Part shown: positions 19,596 through 28,970 of the stretch, in pieces
Layout: the number at the start of each line of letters is the position of its first letter
Position numbering within the stretch: position 1 is the first letter of the stretch
From: Betaproteobacteria bacterium Ga0077527
GTDB lineage: Bacteria; Pseudomonadota; Gammaproteobacteria; Burkholderiales; SG8-41
Assembly (NCBI GenBank): GCA_001464815.1
Contig: LNDW01000007.1
Span: 79,746-143,745, forward strand
DNA length: 64,000 nt
Direction: 5' to 3'
Translations under genes and position numbers: made by a program
Notes under the pieces: model-generated
What the model saw: only the letters and a program-made list of their open reading frames with translations
What the model was told of the DNA's origin: nothing
Database searches by the model: none

Positions 19596-20654
19596 ATGAG
19601 CGACAAACCCGACACCGCACCCCTCCGCCTGACGCAGTTTTCCCACGGCGGTGGGTGAGGCTGCAAACTGACGCCAGCGTTGCTGAGCGAGGTATTGTCG
19701 CAAACCCCCGCGGCCCTGCCGTTCAAGGACCTGCTGGTGGGCAACGAGTCGGCTGACGACGCGGCGGTGTATCGCCTGAATGATACGCAGGCGATAGTCG
19801 CCACCACGGACTTCTTCATGCCCATCGTGGATGATCCCTACGATTTCGGGCGCATCGCCGCGACCAACGCGATCTCCGACGTGTATGCGATGGGCGGCAA
19901 GCCGTTCATGGCGCTGGCGCTGCTCGGTTTCCCGGTGGGCAAGCTGCCGATGGCGGCGGCGCAGCGCATCACCGCCGGCGGCCAGGCGGTCTGCACGCAG
20001 GTCGGTATTCCGATTGCCGGCGGCCATTCGATTGATGCGCCCGAGGCGATCTACGGCCTGGTGGTGCTGGGTCTGGTGCATCCGGACCGCGTCAAGCGCA
20101 ACGACCGCGCGCAGGCCGGCGACGTGCTGATCCTCGGCAAGGGGCTGGGTGTGGGCATCATGAGTGCCGCGCTGAAAAAGGGCGAGCTGCACGACAAGGC
20201 CTACCAGCAGATGATTGAATCCACCACCAAGCTCAATACGCCGGGCGCGCAGCTCGCCGAAATGCCCGAGGTGCACGCGCTGACCGACGTCACCGGCTTC
20301 GGTTTGCTCGGGCACCTGCTGGAAATCTGCCGCGGCTCGAAACTTTCCGCGCAGCTCGATTCGGCGAAGATTCCGGTGCTTTCCGCGGCGAAATTTCTGG
20401 TCGAGCAGGGTTTTGTCACCGGTGCCTCGGACCGTAACTGGCAGAGTTATGGCCACGATGTGCGGATGCCGACGGGTGACACGACGAACCTGCGCAAGCT
20501 GCTTACCGACCCTCAGACCAGCGGCGGCCTGCTGGTGGCCTGCGCGCCGCAGGCGGCTGAAGCGGTGTTGAACCGTTTCCGCGCCGAGGGTTTTGCCGAT
20601 GCCGCGGTGATCGGCCGGATGGAAGCGGGCGCTGCCCAGGTGAAGGTGGTCTAG
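19596..20654 (+). CDS. selD: selenide, water dikinase (selenophosphate synthetase), Sec-containing form; in-frame UGA at 19656..19658
   Basis: Reading from the ATG at 19596 gives MSDKPDTAPLRLTQFSHGGG-U-GCKLTPALLSEVL.., colinear with E. coli SelD [20 protein letters not shown], where the aligned residue is the catalytic Cys17. The ORF track only reports the part after the TGA (19680..). Confidence 0.85.
19672..19689 (+). other. candidate SECIS-like hairpin downstream of the selD UGA
   Basis: CGCCAGC-GUU-GCUG(A)GCG: a 7-bp stem with one bulged A and a G/U-containing loop, starting 13 nt after the UGA. The structure was folded by eye only. Confidence 0.3.
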
Positions 20655-20673
20655 GGCTGATTAACTGTAAACT

Positions 20674-20686
20674 ATTGTTTTTATTG
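20674..20686 (-). repeat. AT-rich element copy 3 (exact core, reverse orientation)
   Basis: ATTGTTTTTATTG on the plus strand. It overlaps the tesA stop codon (..KVQ*). The flank aaaagtt matches copy 1. Confidence 0.9.
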
Positions 20687-21325
20687 AACTTTTAGTTCTG
20701 CCCCCAGCACCTTCCACACCGTATCCAGGATCAGCGGCTGTGCAGCCGCAACGGGGTGCAACTGATCCGGCTGGAACAACTCGCGTTTTTCGGCGAACCC
20801 CTCGAGCAGGAAAGGCACCAGCGGCACCCGTTTGGCGCGGGCAATCTCGCTGAAACTGCGGCGGAACTTTTCGGTGTATTGCGGGCCGTAGTTGGGCGGT
20901 ATCTGCATGCCCACCAGCAACACCCGTGAATTCGCGCGGCGCGCGGCATCGATGATGCGCTCAAGATTGCTGCGCATCGCCTCGACGCTGGCGCCACGCA
21001 GGCCGTCGTTGGCGCCGAGTGCGACGATGGTCAGCGCGGGGCGGTGTTCACGCAAGGCCTGTTCGATGCGGTTCAGTCCGCCGAGAGTGGTCTCGCCGCT
21101 GATGCTGGCGTTGGCCACCTTATAATCTGACTTGAGTTCACGCAGCCGTTGTTGCAGCAGCGCCGGCCAGTCGGCGCCGCGGGCCAGACCGTAACCGGCG
21201 GACAGGCTGTCGCCATAGACCAGGATCGTGGCCGCCGATGCCGGCAGCGCACCCAGCAGGCCCAGCAGCAGGGCAGGAAACAGTTTCAGCAGCTTACAAA
21301 CAAAAACACGAAAAAAAATGAACAA
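20681..21325 (-). CDS. tesA: SGNH/GDSL arylesterase - acyl-CoA thioesterase I (TesA-like)
   Basis: The block ILVYGDSLSAGYG, GANDGLRG and a C-terminal D..HP. Signal-peptide-like N-terminus if the TTG at 21325 is the start. The 312-aa ORF-track version runs antisense into ybbA and is rejected. Confidence 0.7.
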   Translation of the reverse strand: MFIFFRVFVCKLLKLFPALLLGLLGALPASAATILVYGDSLSAGYGLARGADWPALLQQRLRELKSDYKVANASISGETTLGGLNRIEQALREHRPALTIVALGANDGLRGASVEAMRSNLERIIDAARRANSRVLLVGMQIPPNYGPQYTEKFRRSFSEIARAKRVPLVPFLLEGFAEKRELFQPDQLHPVAAAQPLILDTVWKVLGAELKVQ

Positions 21326-22001
21326 GGAATCTTCCCCGGTGATGGTGCAGGTGGCAAACCTCGGCAAGCAGGTTACCACCGGCGATTCTGCATTGACCAT
21401 TCTCGAAGGCGTGAGTTTCGAGGTGCAAGCCGGCGAGGCGGTCGCCGTGGTCGGCGCTTCGGGCTCCGGCAAATCGACATTACTCGGCCTGCTTGCCGGC
21501 CTCGACACGCCGACTTCGGGCAGCGTGCACATCAGCGGTGAAGACCTGTTCGCGCTGGATGAAGACGGCCGTGCCGCATTACGCGCGCGGTTGCTCGGCT
21601 TTGTGTTCCAGTCCTTCAACCTGCTGCCGGCAATGACTGCACTCGAGAACGTGATGCTGCCGCTGGAACTTGCCGGCGCACGCGGAGCCGCGGCCGAGGC
21701 GAAGGCGCTGCTGGAGCGTGTCGGCCTTGCCGCGCGGCTCGACCATTATCCGAAGCAGCTCTCCGGCGGCGAACAGCAGCGTGTGGCGATTGCGCGCGCC
21801 TTCGCCACCAAGCCTTCACTGCTGCTGGCTGATGAACCCACCGGCAATCTCGATGCCGCCACGGGTGCGGCGATCATTGACCTGATGTTCGAGCTCAACC
21901 GCGAACGCGGCACCACGCTGGTGCTGGTGACCCACGACCTTGAGCTGTCGCGGCGCTGCGGCCGTGCTTTGCGTCTGGCCGGCGGGGTGCTGCAGGCATG
22001 A
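21318..22001 (+). CDS. ybbA: ABC transporter ATP-binding protein (YbbA/LolD-like)
   Basis: Walker A GASGSGKST, signature LSGGEQQRVAIARA, Walker B LLLADEPTGNLD. Divergent from tesA, as in E. coli. Confidence 0.85.
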   Translation: MNKESSPVMVQVANLGKQVTTGDSALTILEGVSFEVQAGEAVAVVGASGSGKSTLLGLLAGLDTPTSGSVHISGEDLFALDEDGRAALRARLLGFVFQSFNLLPAMTALENVMLPLELAGARGAAAEAKALLERVGLAARLDHYPKQLSGGEQQRVAIARAFATKPSLLLADEPTGNLDAATGAAIIDLMFELNRERGTTLVLVTHDLELSRRCGRALRLAGGVLQA

Positions 22002-24496
22002 GGCTCACGGCGGATCTCGCGCTGGCGCTGCGCCTCCTGGCTCGTGACTGGCGCGCCGGCGAACTGACGCTGGTGGCCGTGGCGGTGGTGGTTGCAGTGG
22101 CGAGTGTGACCACGGTGGGCTTTTTTGCGGATCGTGTGCAGCAGGCGCTGACCCGCCAGGCCAACCAGTTGCTCGGTGCCGACCTGGTGATTTCCGGCGA
22201 CCGGCCGCTGGATCGTGACTATGCCGGCGAAGCTGCGAAGCGCAGCCTGACCGTGGCACGCATGCTGCGTTTCCCGAGCATGGCCAGCGGCGGCGGGCAG
22301 AACGTGCTCGCCGAGATCAAGGTGGTCACTGCCGGTTACCCGCTGCGCGGCGACCTGCGCATCGCTGATCAGCTGCATGGAACTGATCGCAAGGCCACCG
22401 AAATTCCGCAGCCGGGCACGGTGTGGGTCGATGAGCGACTGCTGTCGCGGCTGGGTGTTGCGGTGGGTGACCGCATCACCATCGGTGTCAGCCAGTTGCC
22501 GATTGCGCAGGTGATCACCCAGGAGCCTGACAGCGCCATCGGTTTCATCAACGCTGGCCCGCGGGTGCTGCTTAATGATGTCGACATCGCCGCCACCGGC
22601 CTGATCCAGGTCGGCAGCCGGGTGCGTTACCGTCTGCTGGTCTCCGGGGAACCGCAGGAGATTGCGTCGTACCGCGCCTGGGTCACGCCGAAACTCGGGG
22701 CCGGGCAGCGCGTCGAGAGTATTGAAGATGCGCGGCCCGAAATCCGCTCGGCACTGGAGCGCGCTGAAAAATTCCTCAGCCTCGCCGCGTTGTTGAGCGT
22801 GGTGCTTGCCGCGGTGGCGATTGCGCTGGCCGCGCGCCGCTTTTTGCAGCGCCACCTTGATGCCTGCGCGATCATGCGCTGCCACGGCGCCAGCCAGCGC
22901 CGACTGGTGACTTTGTACCTGACGCAGTTCGTCGCGCTCGGTGCGACGGCGAGCCTTGCCGGCTGCCTTGCCGGATTTCTGGCGCAGCATGCGCTGGCGC
23001 TGTGGCTGGGCACGCTGGTCACCGTTGAACTGCCCGAGCCCGGCCTGATGCCGGCGCTGCATGGTGTGGTGGCGGGCATGGCCCTGCTGCTTGGCTTTGC
23101 GCTGCCGCCGGTGGTGGCGCTGGCGAAAGTGCCGACGCTGCGTGTGCTGCGCCGGGACATCGGCGCGCCCAGCGGCATGGGCTGGCTGGGCTACGGCCTC
23201 GGCATTGCGGTGATCGCGGCGCTGATCCTGTGGAAGGCCGGCGACCCCAAACTCGGCGGCCTGGTGTTTGCCGGTTTTGCCGGCGCGATGCTGGTCGCCG
23301 GTGCCGTGGCCTGGGGTGTGATCGCGCTGCTGTCGCGGCTGGGTGGTTCCGGCGTGTCCTGGCGCTTTGGTATCGCCAATCTGCGCCGGCGGCGGCTTGC
23401 CAGCGTGCTGCAGGTGGTGGCGCTGGGCATCGGCGTGATGGCGCTGCTGACGCTGACCATCATCCGCAGCGAGCTGCTCGATCTGTGGCAGCGCAGCCTG
23501 CCGCCGGATGCGCCCAACCGCTTCATCGTCAACATCCAGCCCGACCAGGTGCCGGCGCTGCAGAAATTCTTTGCCGGCCGCAACATGGCCATGCCCGAGT
23601 TGCATCCGATGGTGCGGGCGCGCCTGCTGAAGATCAACGAACGCGAGGTGAGCCCGGCCGACTACGCCGACGACCGCGCGCGGCGGCTGGTGGACCGCGA
23701 GTTCAACCTGTCGTGGGCGACCAAAATGCAGAAGGACAACCGTATTGTCGCCGGCAACTGGTGGCCTGCCGATACGCCAAAGCGCGAGCAGTTTTCGATG
23801 GAGGACGGCATCGCGAAAAATCTGGGCGTGAAAATCGGCGACCGCCTGACCTTTGATGCGGCGGGCAGCACATTCAGCGCCGAGGTCACCAGCCTGCGCA
23901 AGGTGGATTGGGATTCCTTCAACGTCAATTTCTTTGTGGTGGCGCCGCCGGGACTGATCGAGCGTTATCCGGCGAGTTATGTCAGCAGCTTCCATCTGCC
24001 GCCGGGCAATATCGAACTGCTCAATGCCCTGGTCAAAACCTTCCCGAACCTGCTGCTGATCGACGTGGCGCAGGTGCTGACCCAGGTGCAGACGATGATC
24101 ACCCAGGTGTCGCGGGCGGTGCAGTTCGTGTTCCTGTTCACGCTGATGGCGGGGCTGGTGGTGCTGTATGCGGCGATTGCCAGTACCCAGGATGAACGGC
24201 TGTATCAGGCCACCATCATGCGCACGCTGGGCGCTTCGCGCGGCCAGCTCGCGCGCGCCAATCTTGCCGAGTTCGCGATGATCGGCGTACTCGCCGGGTT
24301 GATTGCCGCGGCCGGTGCCAATGCGCTGGGCTATGTCATCGCCAGCCGCATCATCAATGTCGAGTACGCCTTCAGCCTCGCGCTGTGGGGCATCGGCATT
24401 GGTTGCAGCCTGCTCGGCGTGATCGTTGCCGGGCACCTCGGCACGCGCTGGGTGCTCAAGGTCGCGCCGCTGCGTGTGCTGCGCATGTTGTCCTGA
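21998..24496 (+). CDS. ybbP: FtsX-like ABC transporter permease (YbbP-like, duplicated FtsX domains)
   Basis: 832 aa with multiple TM segments and two FtsX-type modules. Its start overlaps the ybbA stop (ATGA). Confidence 0.8.
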   Translation: MRLTADLALALRLLARDWRAGELTLVAVAVVVAVASVTTVGFFADRVQQALTRQANQLLGADLVISGDRPLDRDYAGEAAKRSLTVARMLRFPSMASGGGQNVLAEIKVVTAGYPLRGDLRIADQLHGTDRKATEIPQPGTVWVDERLLSRLGVAVGDRITIGVSQLPIAQVITQEPDSAIGFINAGPRVLLNDVDIAATGLIQVGSRVRYRLLVSGEPQEIASYRAWVTPKLGAGQRVESIEDARPEIRSALERAEKFLSLAALLSVVLAAVAIALAARRFLQRHLDACAIMRCHGASQRRLVTLYLTQFVALGATASLAGCLAGFLAQHALALWLGTLVTVELPEPGLMPALHGVVAGMALLLGFALPPVVALAKVPTLRVLRRDIGAPSGMGWLGYGLGIAVIAALILWKAGDPKLGGLVFAGFAGAMLVAGAVAWGVIALLSRLGGSGVSWRFGIANLRRRRLASVLQVVALGIGVMALLTLTIIRSELLDLWQRSLPPDAPNRFIVNIQPDQVPALQKFFAGRNMAMPELHPMVRARLLKINEREVSPADYADDRARRLVDREFNLSWATKMQKDNRIVAGNWWPADTPKREQFSMEDGIAKNLGVKIGDRLTFDAAGSTFSAEVTSLRKVDWDSFNVNFFVVAPPGLIERYPASYVSSFHLPPGNIELLNALVKTFPNLLLIDVAQVLTQVQTMITQVSRAVQFVFLFTLMAGLVVLYAAIASTQDERLYQATIMRTLGASRGQLARANLAEFAMIGVLAGLIAAAGANALGYVIASRIINVEYAFSLALWGIGIGCSLLGVIVAGHLGTRWVLKVAPLRVLRMLS

Positions 24497-24547
24497 CAGC
24501 GCCGGGCTATACTGCGCAGGTCATCTCCGGAACAGAATGAGTACAGT

Positions 24548-25819
24548 GTGAGCGAAGCGCAGACCATCACTATCTTATTGTTTTTATTGGTTATTTTAGC
24601 CATTGTCCTGGTGCTGCTGATGCTCCGGAGCCGCGGCCCGGCGCCGGCCTTGCAGGCACTGCAGCAGTCGCTGGAACAATCGCTCGAAACCAAGCACCGC
24701 GCGATGCTTGGTGATCTTCACGACGGGCTGACCAAACAGGGCGACCGTCTCGGCACCCAGGTCACCGAGGCCAACGAACGCCAGCGCACATCCACCGCCG
24801 ACGAACTGAAGCAGACGCGTGAAGTGCTGCATGCGCTGCAGTTGCGCCTGTCGCAGGAGCTGGGCGGCCAGCGCGAAGCACTGCTTGAGCGCCTCGCGGC
24901 CACCACCGAAAGCCTCAATACCAAGATCGATGCGCGGCTCGGCGAAATCGCCGGCAAGGTCAACGAGCGCCTCGATGAAGGTTTCAAGAAAACCAACGAA
25001 ACCTTCATGAGCGTGATGACACGGCTGGCCACCATCGACGAAGCGCAGAAAAAAATCGAAAGCCTGACCGGCAGTGTGGTCAGCCTGCAGGAGCTGCTCG
25101 GCGACAAACGTGCGCGCGGTGCTTTCGGCGAGGTGCAGCTTGAAGGCCTGGTGCGCAATGTGCTGCCGCCGAATGCCTATGACATGCAGTTCACGCTGTC
25201 CAACGGCACCCGCGCCGACTGCGTGCTGCGCCTGCCGGCACCGACCGGCATGGTCGCGGTGGATTCAAAATTCCCGCTGGAGAACTACCACCGCATGTTC
25301 GAGACCGGCGTCAACGATGTCGACCGCGCGCTGGCGCAGAAGCAGTTCCGCGCCGACATCCGCAAACACGTGGATGACATCTCGCGCAAATACATCATCG
25401 CCAACGAAACCTCGGATGGCGCGGTGATGTTCGTGCCGGCGGAGGCGGTGTTCGCCGAAATCCACGCCCACCACGCTGAAACTGTCGAATACGCCAGCGC
25501 CAAGCGGGTGTGGATTGTTTCGCCGACCACGCTGATGGCGGTACTCAACACCGCGCGCGCTGTGCTCAAGGATGTCGAGACGCGCAAGCAGGTGCATGTG
25601 ATCAAGGAATCGCTGGCGCGGCTGGCGGTGGAGTTCGGCCGTTTCGACGACCGCATGAAAGACCTCGCCAAACACATCCGCCAGGCCTATGAGGATGTGG
25701 AGAGGGTGCAGGTCACCAGCGGCAAGATTTCGCAGCGTTTCGCGCAGATCGAGGGCGTCGAACTCGACGAAGAGGCCGAGCGCGCGAAAGTTTTGCAACT
25801 GCGCAACGACAACAGCTGA
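24548..25819 (+). CDS. rmuC: DNA recombination protein RmuC
   Basis: N-terminal TM helix, a long coiled coil, then the RmuC nuclease-like C-terminus (..RADCVLRLP....VAVDSKFPLE.Y.., YI....T.D.A.MF.P.E..). Confidence 0.85.
   Translation: MSEAQTITILLFLLVILAIVLVLLMLRSRGPAPALQALQQSLEQSLETKHRAMLGDLHDGLTKQGDRLGTQVTEANERQRTSTADELKQTREVLHALQLRLSQELGGQREALLERLAATTESLNTKIDARLGEIAGKVNERLDEGFKKTNETFMSVMTRLATIDEAQKKIESLTGSVVSLQELLGDKRARGAFGEVQLEGLVRNVLPPNAYDMQFTLSNGTRADCVLRLPAPTGMVAVDSKFPLENYHRMFETGVNDVDRALAQKQFRADIRKHVDDISRKYIIANETSDGAVMFVPAEAVFAEIHAHHAETVEYASAKRVWIVSPTTLMAVLNTARAVLKDVETRKQVHVIKESLARLAVEFGRFDDRMKDLAKHIRQAYEDVERVQVTSGKISQRFAQIEGVELDEEAERAKVLQLRNDNS
24577..24589 (-). repeat. AT-rich element copy 4 (exact core, reverse orientation)
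   Basis: Lies inside rmuC codons for ILLFLLVIL, written with the rare-looking codons tta ttg ttt tta ttg gtt att tta. The 24-nt stretch ttattgtttttattgRttatttta is shared with copy 8. Confidence 0.9.
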
Positions 25820-26631
25820 TGGCGCTGCTGCGCTGGTTCTCCCGCTGGCGCCGCGCCCGCGCCGCCAGTCGCATCGAAATCAATGACGGTATCTGGGCCG
25901 GCGTGATCGGGCGCCTGTCCTTTCTGCGGACTTTGCCTGGTGACGACCGGCAGCGCCTGCGTGATCTGGTCGCCGCTTTCCTCGCTGAAAAATCCCTGCA
26001 CGGTGCCGGCGGCCTCGAGCTGAGTGAAGACATGCGCCTGATGATCGCGGCGCAGGCCTGCCTGCCGATCCTGAACCTCGGCCTTGACTGGTATGACGAC
26101 TGGGTCGAGATCATCGTCTACCCGGACGAATTCATCGTCGAGCATGAATACACCGACGAAAACGGCATCGTGCACCGCGTGCGCGAGCCACGCAGCGGCG
26201 AAGCCTGGGAACAGGGCCCGGTGATTCTGTCCTGGGTCGATGCCGAAGCGGCCGACGGCGGCGACGGCTACAACGTGGTGATTCACGAATTCGCGCACAA
26301 GCTCGACATGCGCAACGGCACCGCCAACGGTTTTCCGCCGCTGCACGCCGGCATGGACCGCAAACGCTGGACGGAAACCTTCAGCGCGGCCTACGCCGAC
26401 TTCGAGCGCCGCACCGAAAGCTGGGGCGGCAATGAGGCCGAGGACAGCCTGATCGACGACTACGCCGCCGAAGACCCCGGTGAATTCTTCGCCGTGCTGA
26501 GTGAAGTCTTTTTCGAGCGCCCCGATGTGCTGCACCACGACTACCCCGAAGCCTATCGCCAGCTCGTGCTGTTCTACCGCCAGGACCCGCTGGCACGATT
26601 GCAGGCGGCCGGGGTGGCGGTTTCGGCATAA
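25819..26631 (+). CDS. mtfA: zinc metallopeptidase, MtfA/M90-like
   Basis: 270 aa with the HEFAHKLD zinc motif. The overall layout resembles the MtfA (Mlc titration factor) family. Confidence 0.65.
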   Translation: MALLRWFSRWRRARAASRIEINDGIWAGVIGRLSFLRTLPGDDRQRLRDLVAAFLAEKSLHGAGGLELSEDMRLMIAAQACLPILNLGLDWYDDWVEIIVYPDEFIVEHEYTDENGIVHRVREPRSGEAWEQGPVILSWVDAEAADGGDGYNVVIHEFAHKLDMRNGTANGFPPLHAGMDRKRWTETFSAAYADFERRTESWGGNEAEDSLIDDYAAEDPGEFFAVLSEVFFERPDVLHHDYPEAYRQLVLFYRQDPLARLQAAGVAVSA

Positions 26632-26660
26632 TGTCCTGCAACCATCCCCTTGCTTTAATT

Positions 26661-26704
26661 CCCTCCCCCCGAAGTCTTTCGGGGGGAGGGTTAGGGTGGG
26701 GGGG
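26661..26704 (+). repeat. REP-like GC-rich hairpin element, copy A
   Basis: ccctcccccc-gaagtctttc-ggggggaggg followed by ttagggtggggg. Confidence 0.75.
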
Positions 26705-26717
26705 CAACAACTCAGCT

Positions 26718-26731
26718 CAATAAAAACCAAT
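26718..26731 (+). repeat. AT-rich element copy 5 (CAATAAAAACCAAT, one extra C)
   Basis: 12 nt upstream of the glk ATG. Confidence 0.7.
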
Positions 26732-26743
26732 AACCAAAACCCC

Positions 26744-27748
26744 ATGACCCAGCACCTGATCCTCGCCGCCGACATCGGCGGCACCAACGCCACCTTCGCC
26801 CTTGCCGAAGCCGCCGCCGGCAAGCTGAACATCCTCATCCAGCAGGAATACCTGAGCCGCGAATTCCAGAATTTCGCGCCCATCCTGCAACGCTTCCTCG
26901 AACTGCCTGAAGTCGCGCCCCGGCGTGCCGCCATCGCCGCATCCTGCATCGCCGTCGCCGGTCCGGTGAAAGAGGGCGCCTCGGTGCTGACCAACCTCGG
27001 CTGGCAGGTCGAAGCCGCGGCGGTGGCCGAACAGTTCGGACTGAAGCAGGTGAGCCTGATCAATGACTTCTACGCGGCCGGCATTGGCGTTGGTGAACTG
27101 CAGGATGTGGATTTCTTTGAACTGCAGGCGGCAGAAGCCGACCTTGAAGCCGCGTCGGTGATCGTCGGCGCCGGCACCGGTCTGGGTGTCGGCATCATCA
27201 CCCGCGATGGCGGGCGCCTGCGGGTGCTGTCTTCCGAAGCCGGGCACGGCGACTTCGCGCCCACCGACGAACTGCAGGACCGGCTGCTGGTCTACCTGCG
27301 CCGCAACTATGGCCGCGTGTCCTGGGAACGCGTGATCTCGGGGCCGGGCCTGATGCGCATCTTTGCCTTCCTGCAGGAAAGCGGATTCGGCGCACCGTCG
27401 AAACAACTGCTCGCCGCGACCAAACGTCCCGGCGTTGATCCCGCGGCAGTCATCACCGAATACGGCATGGGCAAACTCGACCCGCTGGCCGTGCGCGCGC
27501 TGGATCTGTTCATCTCCGCCTACGGTGCCTTCGCTGGCAACATGGCCTTGAATTCATTGGCGCGCGGCGGCGTCTACGTCGCCGGCGGCATCGCTCCACG
27601 CATCGTGCAGCGCCTGAAAGACGGCAACTTCATGCGCGGCTTCACCGGCAAGGGCGCGTTCACGCCGCTGCTGTCGGGGATACCGGTGCGGGTGGTGATG
27701 GAGCCGAAGGTGGGTTTGCGCGGGGCGTTGCGGGTGGCTGCTGGATAA
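26744..27748 (+). CDS. glk: glucokinase
   Basis: MTQHLILAADIGGTNATFAL.. (ROK-less Glk N-terminal ATP motif). 334 aa. The ORF-track start at 26501 overlaps mtfA and is rejected. Confidence 0.85.
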   Translation: MTQHLILAADIGGTNATFALAEAAAGKLNILIQQEYLSREFQNFAPILQRFLELPEVAPRRAAIAASCIAVAGPVKEGASVLTNLGWQVEAAAVAEQFGLKQVSLINDFYAAGIGVGELQDVDFFELQAAEADLEAASVIVGAGTGLGVGIITRDGGRLRVLSSEAGHGDFAPTDELQDRLLVYLRRNYGRVSWERVISGPGLMRIFAFLQESGFGAPSKQLLAATKRPGVDPAAVITEYGMGKLDPLAVRALDLFISAYGAFAGNMALNSLARGGVYVAGGIAPRIVQRLKDGNFMRGFTGKGAFTPLLSGIPVRVVMEPKVGLRGALRVAAG

Positions 27749-27845
27749 ATTATGTTTAAAAACAATGGCTTATATAATTTATAACGATCTGTCTTGTCCC
27801 GACTAAACTGCTCATTTCAAGCCATCAATTTTCATGGGAGGCCCC

Positions 27846-28034
27846 ATGGGTAACCCGAAAGATCAGGTTCAGGCGCTGCTGCAAAAACTGCCTGAAGACG
27901 CGAGTTACGAAGACATCCAGTACCACCTCTATGTTCTGGAGAAAGTGCAGCGTGGTCTGTTGCGTGCGGATTCGGAAGGTACTGTCGAACACGCGGAGGC
28001 CAAAGGGCGTCTCGGCAAATGGCTCGCGTCCTAG
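27846..28034 (+). CDS. putative antitoxin of a type II TA pair
   Basis: 62-aa acidic protein. A GGAGG RBS precedes the ATG at 27846. It overlaps the downstream ParE/RelE-like gene by 16 nt. A TATAAT box lies at 27773..27778. Confidence 0.5.
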   Translation: MGNPKDQVQALLQKLPEDASYEDIQYHLYVLEKVQRGLLRADSEGTVEHAEAKGRLGKWLAS

Positions 28035-28330
28035 TCTGGTCCCCTGAGGCGATTGAAGACGCCGAGAAGATTGCGGCTTACATTGAGCACGATTCGCCCT
28101 GGTATGCGAAAGCGGTGATCTCAAAGATCGTCGAGACGGTTGAAGCGATTCCTGATTATCCCGAGATGGGGCGGGCGGTTCCAGAATTGGGTGATGTGGC
28201 TGTTCGTGAGTGTTTTGTGCATCGTTACCGCGTTATTTATCGACTCGATGCGGCGCGAATCCTGATCGTTGCGGTGATACATGGTCGGCAGGATTTTTCC
28301 CCGATTCAAAGCCGGATGGCTGGCGATTAA
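28019..28330 (+). CDS. type II toxin, ParE/RelE family
   Basis: 103 aa with a ParE/RelE-like pattern (..W...A..D...I..YI...SP..A......I......L...P..G......G......V..Y.VIYR.....I.I..VIHG.). Confidence 0.7.
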   Translation: MARVLVWSPEAIEDAEKIAAYIEHDSPWYAKAVISKIVETVEAIPDYPEMGRAVPELGDVAVRECFVHRYRVIYRLDAARILIVAVIHGRQDFSPIQSRMAGD

Positions 28331-28427
28331 TGAATCGACTCCGCAACCTTTGATTTGAATGGCGTTTACTTGATGTAGTCATGGCTGTCGTCCTCATTGA
28401 ACGTGATCCGGGTAACGCCAGACTCAG

Positions 28428-28970
28428 ATGAACAACGCTCTGTCCATCGTTCGACTGCGCGATGTCGATCTGAATCGTATGCGCAGCATGCTCGACATGT
28501 TTGGTGAAGTATTCGGTGACCGCAAATCCTATTGCGAGCACCAACCCGACGATGCCTACCTGAACGATCTGCTGGCCCGCGATGATTTTATTGCGATTGC
28601 CGCAGTCATCGGAGGCGAGGTGGTCGGCGGCCTGGCCGCTTACGAGCTGCGGAAATTCGAACAGGCGCGCAGCGAGTTGTACATCTACGATCTGGCGGTT
28701 TCCGAGGCTTGCCGCCGCCGCGGTATTGCCACCGCACTGATTGAGGCGTTGAAGGAGATTGCGCGGGCGCGCGGGGCCTATGTGATTTACGTTCAGGCCG
28801 ATTATGGCGATGACCCGGCAATCGCCTTGTATTCCAAGCTGGGTGTGCGTGAAGATGTCATGCACTTTGACATCGATCCGGTTGCCATCCCTCCTGAAAT
28901 GACACAGGATTCTGCACAACCGGGGCTTGGCTCTCGGATCATTGACCACAGCGGGAGGAAAAACAAATGA
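28428..28970 (+). CDS. GNAT aminoglycoside 3-N-acetyltransferase, AAC(3)-I-like
   Basis: Long colinear identity, recalled from memory, with AAC(3)-Ia: ..FGEVFGD...Y...QPD..YL..LL....FIA.AA......[23 protein letters not shown]...[12 protein letters not shown]...[32 protein letters not shown]. Confidence 0.8.
   Translation: MNNALSIVRLRDVDLNRMRSMLDMFGEVFGDRKSYCEHQPDDAYLNDLLARDDFIAIAAVIGGEVVGGLAAYELRKFEQARSELYIYDLAVSEACRRRGIATALIEALKEIARARGAYVIYVQADYGDDPAIALYSKLGVREDVMHFDIDPVAIPPEMTQDSAQPGLGSRIIDHSGRKNK

Noticed and set aside
19687-19701. Alternative selD SECIS candidate GCGA-GGUAUUG-UCGC
   Set aside because: It has only a 4-bp stem and starts 28 nt after the UGA, which is weaker and further away than the 19672..19689 hairpin. 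Neither can be accepted without a proper SECIS model.
21746-24436. 896-aa minus-strand ORF, the longest ORF antisense to ybbA/ybbP
   Set aside because: The product is Arg/His/Gln/Gly/Pro-rich low-complexity sequence with no recognisable motifs. It mirrors a well-supported FtsX-type permease on the plus strand. This is a typical shadow ORF of GC-rich DNA.
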